Shown in pieces: positions 19,196 to 27,634 of a stretch of DNA of 64,000 nt; the stretch's first letter is position 1, and each line of letters opens with the position of its first letter. The position numbers and the translations under genes were made by a program. This DNA comes from Promethearchaeia archaeon (GTDB taxonomy: Archaea; Asgardarchaeota; Lokiarchaeia; Sigyniarchaeales; SOKP01), in contig JAHQWG010000012.1 of NCBI GenBank assembly GCA_029856045.1, forward strand, positions 1 to 64,000, read 5' to 3'. Under the pieces are notes generated by a model. The model made no database searches and was not told the DNA's origin. It saw only the letters and a list, made by a program, of their open reading frames with translations.

Positions 19196-19429
19196 TTATC
19201 TTGAAGCATTACGAATATCAGCTGCCGTGACTCTCTTTCTTTTCGCTTTTTTCGTAAAATCAATTGCATCTTTTGTAACTGTTGCTGCTCCTTTTTCTAA
19301 ATATTCAATCAATTTATCAAGAGCTTCTGCAGCCACTAAATTGGCTCCTTCCGCTTTCATTAAGCGCCTTATAGGAGCTTTTGCGATATAAGAGTCTCTT
19401 TTTTTAGCGGCTGGTTTCTTTTTAGCCAT
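19196..19429 (-). CDS. Archaeal histone with Lys-rich N-terminal tail
   Basis: APIRRLMK..GA..V, AKRKRVTAADI; ATG at 19429 after GGAGG; tail AKKKPAAKKR. Confidence 0.9.
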   Translation of the reverse strand: MAKKKPAAKKRDSYIAKAPIRRLMKAEGANLVAAEALDKLIEYLEKGAATVTKDAIDFTKKAKRKRVTAADIRNASR

Positions 19430-19876
19430 AATTTTTTCCTCCACTAATATTTTTAAATATAAAAAAATTTTTATATTTAATATAACCTACATCTTTCTAA
19501 TATATAAATATTTTGTTTCGAATTTATATTAACTTTAATTTCTGAATATATTTTTCATTATTAGTAAAAAAAATTGATACAAGTAAATACCGACAAAATA
19601 TTAAAAAAAATAAAGAAATTTGATTTAATTTTTGAAATCCTTTTTAGGGATGTAGAAAAAATTTATTAAAAATTTGAAAAAAGTTCGAATTTATTAACCA
19701 TTTATAACTAATACAAATGTAAAATTATTTGATTTTATTAAATTAAAATTCTTCTTCAAATTTATTTTTTTAAATAATTTAACCAATTTTGAAATAAAAT
19801 TTGAGTAAAAAATTAAATTTAATAATGTTATCTGAGATTATTTATTTAACTATTGAATACGGATTGATGTCTAATC

Positions 19877-20725
19877 ATTGAAAAGCCCGAGAAGATAAGT
19901 TTAAATTTTGATAACATCGTAAAAAAATTAGAGAAATTAGATCATTTCACAAAAAATGATGCTAAAGTCTTTTTAACTTTAGCTCAATATGGTTATCTAA
20001 GTCCTGCAGAAATCTCTAGGTATTCTTCGGTTGACCGGGCAAGAGTATATGACTCTTTGAATAGATTGGTTGAGAAGAATTTTGTACAAAGGGAACCTAT
20101 TAAAAGGGGGGCAGGGTATAAAGCTAAACCACCTTCCAGCGTCTTTTCAATTATTCGGGAAGAATTAAGGAATAAAATTGAGATTACTACCGATATTGAG
20201 AAACAAATAGAAAGTTTAGAACCACCAGTAGAAAAGACAGAATCTAGGGTTTGGAGTATATATTCAAAGGAAAATATTAGAGCTAGAATTATAGACCTAA
20301 TTGATAAATCACGAGAAAGAATCTATTTTATAATTACACCAGATCTAATAATGGGTGATGAAGGATATAAATGGTTACTTGATAGAATTTATTTTAAAAA
20401 ATTTAAAGATGAGAAGATTGAAATAATTATTGCATTAAATGTAACTTCCAAATTATTGGATGATCTCAAAAAATTATTACAAATAGGCATCAAAATATAT
20501 AAATCAGTTAGCTCAAATATTGTTCCTTTTGGACTTTTAATTGCTGATAATGAATTTTTATTAACAACCTTAGATAAACCAAAAGAATTACCGGAATATA
20601 ATTCGGGACTATGGTTGGAAGGTGGTGATAAAGAACAAGTAATTGGATATGTCCATTTATTTAACCATTTTATTAGTGCAGAATGTAAAGAAGGAACAAT
20701 AATAAAAAAAACAAAACTTAATTAA
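19877..20725 (+). CDS. TrmB-family transcriptional regulator (start probably ATC/ATT; track start 20057 truncates the HTH)
   Basis: In-frame upstream sequence FTKNDAKVFLTL..YGYLSPAEISRYSSVDRARVYDSLNRLVEK; PLD-like C-terminal domain. Confidence 0.8.
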   Translation: MEKPEKISLNFDNIVKKLEKLDHFTKNDAKVFLTLAQYGYLSPAEISRYSSVDRARVYDSLNRLVEKNFVQREPIKRGAGYKAKPPSSVFSIIREELRNKIEITTDIEKQIESLEPPVEKTESRVWSIYSKENIRARIIDLIDKSRERIYFIITPDLIMGDEGYKWLLDRIYFKKFKDEKIEIIIALNVTSKLLDDLKKLLQIGIKIYKSVSSNIVPFGLLIADNEFLLTTLDKPKELPEYNSGLWLEGGDKEQVIGYVHLFNHFISAECKEGTIIKKTKLN

Positions 20726-20754
20726 AAAATTTTAAAAAAAAGAGTTAATGAAAA

Positions 20755-21279
20755 TTGACAAATTATAAAGCAAAAGTAATAATGGCTGGTTCTTATCGGG
20801 TTGGAAAAACATCCCTAATTGTAAGATATTGTGATAACACTTTTTTAGAAGAATATATCCAAACTATTGGGGCAAATTTCTACATAAAAGAAATTGATCA
20901 GAAGGTTTTTACAAATTCAAATATTAATTTAACGCTTTTTTTATGGGATATATGCGGACAGATTGATAAATTATTTGTTACTGAGTATTATTTTCAAGGT
21001 GCGGCGGCAGCTATCATTGTTTTTGATTTAACTAATGAACAAAGTTTTAAAGATTTAGATTTTTGGATTAAGAAAATAAGAGATCTCTCGGGAGATATTC
21101 CATTTATAATAGTAGGAAATAAAATAGACCTAGAGAATGAGAGAAAAATTTCTAAAGATATTGGAATAAAAAAGTCAGCTGATTATAATGTAAATTATAT
21201 TGAAACTTCTGCCAAGAAGGATATTAATGTTAACATAATTTTTAATGATATTTCGAAAATGATTATAGCAAGAGTATAG
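20755..21279 (+). CDS. Rab-like small GTPase
   Basis: GSYRVGKT, TIGANF, WDICGQ, YFQGA, GNKID, ETSAK. No C-terminal Cys. Confidence 0.9.
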   Translation: MTNYKAKVIMAGSYRVGKTSLIVRYCDNTFLEEYIQTIGANFYIKEIDQKVFTNSNINLTLFLWDICGQIDKLFVTEYYFQGAAAAIIVFDLTNEQSFKDLDFWIKKIRDLSGDIPFIIVGNKIDLENERKISKDIGIKKSADYNVNYIETSAKKDINVNIIFNDISKMIIARV

Positions 21280-21330
21280 TTTTAAGAATTATTATTGTTT
21301 TTAAATATTCCTTTTTTATTTTTATTAAAT

Positions 21331-22023
21331 ATGAATATTCTTATTATCCCTGTATCTCAACTAGATCAAGCTAAGATAAGATTACGTGACATTTTTTCTA
21401 AAGAAAAGATAAAAGAATTCACTTTAGCAATGTTTAAAGATATTTGCCAAAAAACTTTGGATATAGATTGTTTCTCTAAAAAGATTGTATATTGTAATAC
21501 CCAAGAAATTTTAGAAATTTCACGAGATTATGGTTTTATTCCAATTAAAGAAGAGAGGAGTAAAAAATCTCCTGATTTTAATAATATTATTACTGAAATT
21601 AATGATATTGTTGTAGAAAAATTTGATCCAATCAGTACATTAATTGCATTTGCGGATATAATCCTAATTTCACCTAAAAATTTCTTGGAGATAAGTGAGC
21701 TATTAAAAAAAAGCCAGTTAGTGATATGTCCATCAGTAAATTCATTGGGAATATCTTTAATTGGCAGATCACCTCCAAAAATTATTAAAACTTGTTTTTC
21801 AAATTCTAAAAACTCATCATTAATTGCTCAAATGGAATTAATAAAAAAGAAAGGATTAAAGAAAGTAGTGTTATATGATTCATTTAGAGCTGGCTTTGAC
21901 GTCGATATTAAAGAACAAGTAATTTTAGGTTATGAGTTTTTGAAAATATTCAATCTTACGGATACAGAAACTTACAAATTTTTAAAACGGAATTTGAAAG
22001 AAAGTATAAGGCACAATAAATAA
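21331..22023 (+). CDS. cofC: CofC-like phospholactate/PEP guanylyltransferase (F420 biosynthesis)
   Basis: IIPV..L..AKIRL, AM..D, ADI, FDVD. Confidence 0.65.
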   Translation: MNILIIPVSQLDQAKIRLRDIFSKEKIKEFTLAMFKDICQKTLDIDCFSKKIVYCNTQEILEISRDYGFIPIKEERSKKSPDFNNIITEINDIVVEKFDPISTLIAFADIILISPKNFLEISELLKKSQLVICPSVNSLGISLIGRSPPKIIKTCFSNSKNSSLIAQMELIKKKGLKKVVLYDSFRAGFDVDIKEQVILGYEFLKIFNLTDTETYKFLKRNLKESIRHNK

Positions 22024-22041
22024 AGTTGTTTAAATTATTCC

Positions 22042-23226
22042 TTAAAAAGTAAATGTTATTGCAATTTTAATTTTCTTATCGGTTATATCTTCCACCATTT
22101 TACTGAATTTTTCACGTTCTTCTTTTAATTTTTTAAGATACGAGTGGTAATCATCATTTTTCTTCTTAAAATCGTTTTCTAAATGATCTTTTTTCAAACT
22201 TATTGTAGCAATTTTCTCTTTTAATTGGGTAATATTTTTTGAGAGTCCAATATCATTGATCTGTTTTTCTGAATTTCTAAATTCTTCTTGTAAATTTTTA
22301 TATTTTTCAATATTTTCTTTTAATTCATTTCCTGAAAGAATTTGATTAATTTGTTCTATAGTAGTTTCCTTTTTGGTTGTTTTTAAATTTAATTCATTAG
22401 ATTCTAAAGTTAATCTTAATTGTACTAATAAATCAGACAATTTTCTTAGATCTTTGCTATCTTTACATAAATTGGCAATAGGATCTTTAAGAAAATCTTT
22501 GATATCATCTATGGAAATATTTCTTAATTTAATATTTCCCCTTTCTATCTCAACTCGTAATTTTTTTAATGCCTTTTTGAATTTCAAATTATCATTTATA
22601 TCTATTTTTAGATTAAATAAAGAATTGTTCAAATCTAATTGTTTTTTGAAAAGTACATGATCTTCAAACTTTATTAATTCATTTTTCAATGATTTTAGTT
22701 GTATCGCCACATCTTCCTTTTCATTGCCTATTTCATTTATTGATATTTTAGTATTTTCAATATTGTTTTTTATTGCAAATAATTTTGGCATCTTATTGAT
22801 CAAATTTTCAGCTTCCCTAATTTTTTTATATTTTTCTCTCAAGAATTTATCTAGTATTCCACCTTTTTGGCCTAATTTTCTTGTATAGTAATGTAAATCT
22901 TTTATTTCTACTTGAAAATCCCTTTGGAATTTAGGAATGGTTTTTTTACTAATATCTGTTATTAATTCAAATAATTTTTTTATTTCTTTTAATAAACTAG
23001 AGAGTTTTTCATAGGTCATATCTTCCGGAATTTCAATAACATTAATATCTTTTTTAACTCTCTCTGTAAAATAAGACAGTGATTTATTTGCCTTTTGGTC
23101 TAGATTCTCTTTGGCTTCGGATTTTTCCATTCTATCTATTGATTTTTTTAAGTCAATTAGACTTTCATCAATGCTATCAATTAACTTCTGGGCTTTTCCT
23201 TTAACTTTAGAAAATATCTCTTCCAA
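22042..23226 (-). CDS. Coiled-coil hypothetical protein
   Basis: 394 aa, K/E/L-rich heptads; directly downstream of serS. Confidence 0.7.
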   Translation of the reverse strand: MEEIFSKVKGKAQKLIDSIDESLIDLKKSIDRMEKSEAKENLDQKANKSLSYFTERVKKDINVIEIPEDMTYEKLSSLLKEIKKLFELITDISKKTIPKFQRDFQVEIKDLHYYTRKLGQKGGILDKFLREKYKKIREAENLINKMPKLFAIKNNIENTKISINEIGNEKEDVAIQLKSLKNELIKFEDHVLFKKQLDLNNSLFNLKIDINDNLKFKKALKKLRVEIERGNIKLRNISIDDIKDFLKDPIANLCKDSKDLRKLSDLLVQLRLTLESNELNLKTTKKETTIEQINQILSGNELKENIEKYKNLQEEFRNSEKQINDIGLSKNITQLKEKIATISLKKDHLENDFKKKNDDYHSYLKKLKEEREKFSKMVEDITDKKIKIAITFTF

Positions 23227-23276
23227 CTTGGTATCATACCATTCTTCAAAATCTTCAATATTAATTTCAGATATTC

Positions 23277-24596
23277 TTACTTTTCACCCTTAATTGGATT
23301 AATAATTTTTTTATTATTCATATATTTTTGTAAGACTTTTGGGATATTTATAGAATTATCCTCATTTTGATAATTTTCCAATATACAACATATAGTTCTT
23401 TCTGTCGCTATTGCAGTAGAATTTAATGTATGGATTATTTTATATCCTTTAGGATCACCTAGCTTCCCAAATCGAATATTTAATTTTCTTGCTTGATAAT
23501 CCAAACAATTGCTACATGACCCTAGTTCTCTATATGCATTTGAAGCGGGAAACCATCCTTCAAGGTCGTATTTTTTTGCAGCGTTATCATTCATTTCTCC
23601 AGAAGCAATATTTACAATTCTATATGGAATTTCTAGTTGTTTGAAAAGATCTTCAGTATTTTTGTTTAATTCCTCATGATAATTCCAAGAATCTTCGGGT
23701 TTGCAAAGTATAAATTGTTCAATTTTTTCAAATTGATGGACGCGAAAAATTCCTAATGTATCCTTACCATGAGCTCCAGCTTCCCTTCTAAAACATGTAG
23801 AGATTCCGGCATATTTTAAAGGTAATTGATTATTATGAATTACTTCATTTTGATGATATGCAGCAAGCGTTTGTTCAGCTGTAGCAATCATATATAAGTC
23901 TTGATCCTGAATCTTATATAATTGTTCTTCAAAATCAGCAAGTTCTGATGCTGCTTTAATTGAATTATATTTGATGAAAAATGGGGTCCATAATGGGATA
24001 AAACCTTTTGAAATTAAGAAAGCTAAAGCAAATTGCATTAATGCAAGATTCATTACAGCTATATCATTTTTTAGGAAATAAAATCTGGAACCAGAAATTT
24101 TAGATGCCCTTTTAATATCTGCACCATCAATAAGTTCAATTAAATTAACATGCGAAAGCGGATTAAATGAGAAATTTGGTAAATCACCAACAACTCTGAC
24201 CAATTCGTTTGAATCTTCATTCTCCCCTACAGGAACACTTTCATCAATTAAATTTCCAACTTTATAACGATACTCTTCTCGTTTTTCTAATAATTTATTA
24301 ACTTCATTTTCAATACTTAGAATTAAATTTCCAATTTCTTTTGAATTCTGAATAGTTGGTTCGATCTCTTCTGGGGATTTTTGGGCTAGCTTCATTGCAG
24401 ATATATCCTGAGAGAAGATATTTCTTTGACGTCTTAATTCGTTTAATTGTTGTAATTTTTTTCTATAAGTTGTATCATACTCGATAACTTTATCAACTAC
24501 ATTCGTATTTTTAAAGCGTTTTTTCTCGGATTCATATATCAAATCAATGTTTTTACGAAATTTCTCAATATCAAGCATTTTTTGTAATTGACCCAA
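23277..24596 (-). CDS. serS: Serine--tRNA ligase
   Basis: MLDI, ATAEQ, CFRREAGAHGKDTLGIFRVHQFEKIEQF, ELGSCSNC, HTLNST. Confidence 0.95.
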   Translation of the reverse strand: MGQLQKMLDIEKFRKNIDLIYESEKKRFKNTNVVDKVIEYDTTYRKKLQQLNELRRQRNIFSQDISAMKLAQKSPEEIEPTIQNSKEIGNLILSIENEVNKLLEKREEYRYKVGNLIDESVPVGENEDSNELVRVVGDLPNFSFNPLSHVNLIELIDGADIKRASKISGSRFYFLKNDIAVMNLALMQFALAFLISKGFIPLWTPFFIKYNSIKAASELADFEEQLYKIQDQDLYMIATAEQTLAAYHQNEVIHNNQLPLKYAGISTCFRREAGAHGKDTLGIFRVHQFEKIEQFILCKPEDSWNYHEELNKNTEDLFKQLEIPYRIVNIASGEMNDNAAKKYDLEGWFPASNAYRELGSCSNCLDYQARKLNIRFGKLGDPKGYKIIHTLNSTAIATERTICCILENYQNEDNSINIPKVLQKYMNNKKIINPIKGEK

Positions 24597-24762
24597 CTTT
24601 CAATATCTTAATGAATTTTTTTATTAATTTTTCCTTTATTATAATATTTAGTATTAGTAGTAAGTTATTGATAAGTTATATTTATTTTATTCAACAACTA
24701 AAACATTTCACAAAAATTATTGATTTTAATAAGAGATTAAGGAATAAATAGTAATAAAAAAA

Positions 24763-24951
24763 TTACTTTTTTTCGTTATTAATTCTTTTGCTTAGAGTCG
24801 CTCTAAGATAAGCGGTTTTAATTTTTTTTTCGGATAATCCTACCTTTTTAGCAATTGATTGGAGTAGGATCCTATTTTTTTTGCCTTTCAAGCTTTCCCT
24901 TTCCATAAATCTGTTTACAAAAGCTTCAATTGGGTCGTCTTCTAAACTCAT
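24763..24951 (-). CDS. Small basic hypothetical protein (HTH-like)
   Basis: 62 aa; IAKKVGLSEKKIK. Confidence 0.5.
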   Translation of the reverse strand: MSLEDDPIEAFVNRFMERESLKGKKNRILLQSIAKKVGLSEKKIKTAYLRATLSKRINNEKK

Positions 24952-25103
24952 TGTTAATTATAAAAATAAATAAATAAAGATAAATTTAATTTTTCTTTTT
25001 CTCAATTACAATTTTTATATTAAATCAAATTTTAAAAGAAAAACAATTTACATTATTTAATTTATAAAAAGTAAAAAACAGGTGAGTAATTAAGGGGAGA
25101 ATT

Positions 25104-27077
25104 ATGGAACAAGTTAGCATTGGAGTTTATGTTTGTGAGTGAGGGGTAAATATAGGGGGTTACGTAGATTGTGAAGCATTAAGAGACTTTGCAGAAACAC
25201 TACCAAATGTTACAGTGTCTAAAGTAAATAAATTTACATGTTCAGATCCAGGTCAAAAAATAATTAAAAATGATATTCAAGAGTTGGACTTAAAAAGAGT
25301 AGTAGTGGCGTCATGAACACCAAAAATTCACGAACCTACATACAAATCATTGTGTGCTGAGTCCGGATTAAATCCAAATTATTTTCAAATGGTAAATATA
25401 AGAGAACATTGTTCTTTTGTACATCAAGATAACAAAGAAAAAGCGACTCAAAAAGCAAAAAATTTAATTCGAGCAGGAGTAAATAGAGCACGTCTTTTAG
25501 AAACTGTGCCAATCAAAGAATTGAGCGTTGAAAAATCCGCGTTAGTTATAGGAGCTGGTATTGCTGGGATGAATGCTGCGTTAAATTTAGCAAATCATGG
25601 TATTAAGGTATATCTAGTTGAAAAAGAACCAACAATAGGCGGTAGAATGGCACAGTTAGATCGAATATTTCCAACAGATGATTGCGGAATATGAGTACTA
25701 GCACCAATTATGGTTAATGCATCAAAACATCCAAATATTGAATTAATGACATACTGTGAAGTTGTCGAATTTGGTGGATTCGCTGGCAATTATGAAATAA
25801 AAATTCTTAAAAAACCAAGATATGTTGATGAAAACAAATGTACGGGATGCGGTTTATGCACCACTAAATGTCCAATAGATGTGCCAGATGAATTTAATAG
25901 AGGAATTGGGCAGAGACATGCAATTTATATCCCATTTCCACAAGCAGTCCCGATTCTTGCTTTAATTGATAAAGAAGTATGCATTGACTGCAAACTTTGT
26001 GAAAAAGATTGTCCTGCTGAAGCAATTGATTATGAACAACAGCCAGAATATATCGATATTAAAGTGGGGGCTGTTATAATAGCAACTGGTTGGGATGAAT
26101 ATCCAATTATTGATAGTAATGAGTATGGTTATGGCATCTATCCGAATGTAATAACCCAAATAGAATTGGAAAGATTATTAAGTCCAATCGGTCCAACATA
26201 TGGTCATGTCCATAGAATTTCCGATTGTAAAACACCTAAAAATGTTGCTATGTTTCAGTGTGTTGGATCACGGAATTTAAAAGCTAATATATATTGTTCG
26301 GGTGTTTGTTGCATGGTTGCAATGAAAAATGCCCAACTTTTAAAACAAGAATATCCAGATATGGAAATCACAATTTTTTACATTGATATTAGAGCGACCG
26401 ATAAAGGGAATGAAGAGTATTATACCGCAGCGAGAAAAGCAGGAGTTAATTTCATAAAGAGTAATATTTCACGAGTGTATGAAGATCCGAAAACAAAAAA
26501 TTTGAAATTTTTGGTGCAAGATTCTTTAAGAGAATCATTGGGCATTCAAGAGAAGGAATATGATTTAATTGTTTTATCTACTGGAATCAATCCATCAAAA
26601 GGAACAAAAGAAGCCATTGCAGTATTGGGATTAGACAAAGGACCAAATGGATTTTTATCAGAAATTCATGGATGTCTCGCACCTCAAGAGACCAATAAGC
26701 GGGGTATATATATTTGTGGTTGTGCTGCAGGTCCAAAAAATATTCCTTATTCCGTATCTACTGCCTTAGCAGCTGCGAGTAAAGCATCGGCCCTAGTATT
26801 ATCAGGCAGAATAAGACAAGAATTAATGATTCCGGAAGTTGATCAGAATTTATGTATGGGATGCCACCGGTGTGAAAAATCATGTTTCTATCACGCTATT
26901 AAAGTAAATGAAGATGGTGTAGCCGAAGTTGATGAATTAAATTGTAAAGGATGTGGATTGTGTGTAACAGTCTGTCCAGCTAATGCATTAGATCTAAAAT
27001 ATTATAGGAATAATCAATTTAGAAGTGAGATATATGGAATCTGTGGAAATAATTATTCTATGGAGGATACAGTTTAA
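25104..27077 (+). CDS. hdrA: Heterodisulfide reductase subunit A, selenoprotein with 3 UGA (Sec13, Sec71, Sec197); 657 aa
   Basis: ATG at 25104 after GGGGAG. In-frame TGA at 25140 (VYVCE-U-GVNI), 25314 (VVVAS-U-TPKIHE) and 25692 (DDCGI-U-VLAP). Track ORFs 25350 and 25710 are in the same frame. GAGIAG and QCVGSR..YCSGVCC motifs; ferredoxin motifs. Confidence 0.92.
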
Positions 27078-27115
27078 ATCTAAGTAAATAATAAAAAATG
27101 AGGGGTTTAAAAAAA

Positions 27116-27541
27116 ATGGAAAGTAAAATAATAAATCAAAATCCTAAAATTATAATGTTTGCTTGCGAAAAATGAGGCTATGCAGCTGCAGATTTAACCG
27201 GAACTTGTAGAAAACAATATTCATCTGATATCTATATAATAAGAGTGAAATGTACAGGACGTGTAAGTTTGGATATAATCATAGAATCACTTCTCAATGG
27301 GGCAGATGGAGTTGCAATAGTAGGTTGACATGAGCATGAGTGTGAGTTCGGAGATGGTAATATGAATACATATAAGCATATTAAATTTTTAAAAAAACTT
27401 TTCAAACATATCGGAATATCTGAAAATAGAGTTGAATATTATTTTGTATCTGCTGCAGAGGTGGAAAATTTTCTTAATGCTACTACTGATATAATAGATA
27501 AAATAACAAAATTGCCTCCTTTACCAAAAAAATCTGAATAG
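27116..27541 (+). CDS. mvhD: MvhD/VhuD [2Fe-2S] subunit, selenoprotein with 2 UGA (Sec20, Sec71); 141 aa
   Basis: FACEK-U-GYAAADLTG (TGA 27173), IRVKCTGRV, GADGVAIVG-U-HEHECEFGDGN (TGA 27326), VSAAE; TAG stop. Absent from the ORF track. Confidence 0.92.
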
Positions 27542-27581
27542 AATGACCTTCATAAAAAAATTTTAGTTATGAAGTGACTCT
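27540..27581 (+). promoter_or_regulatory. SECIS element, eukaryote/Loki-type
   Basis: ATGAC-[CTTCATAA]-AAAAATTTTAG-[TTATGAAG]-TGAC: AUGA/GA kink-turn core, perfect 8-bp upper stem, A-rich apical loop, weak lower pairing AGA/TCT. Confidence 0.85.
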
Positions 27582-27634
27582 CCTTGCAAGGGATCTCGGA
27601 TTATTTTATATATAAATATTTAATTTGAAGAAAA

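Noticed and set aside
23277-25104. serS next to the selenoprotein operon as a Sec-pathway cluster
   Set aside because: SerRS does charge tRNA-Sec, but it is a housekeeping gene, divergent and separated by another ORF, and no other Sec machinery is in the window.
27078-27150. SECIS for hdrA at ATGAGGGGTTTAAAAAAA
   Set aside because: No complementary 3' strand followed by GA; it is better explained as the SD of mvhD.
25104-27541. hdrA/mvhD as nonsense-mutated pseudogenes
   Set aside because: All five interruptions are TGA, all at conserved Cys sites, with no frameshifts, and a SECIS follows.
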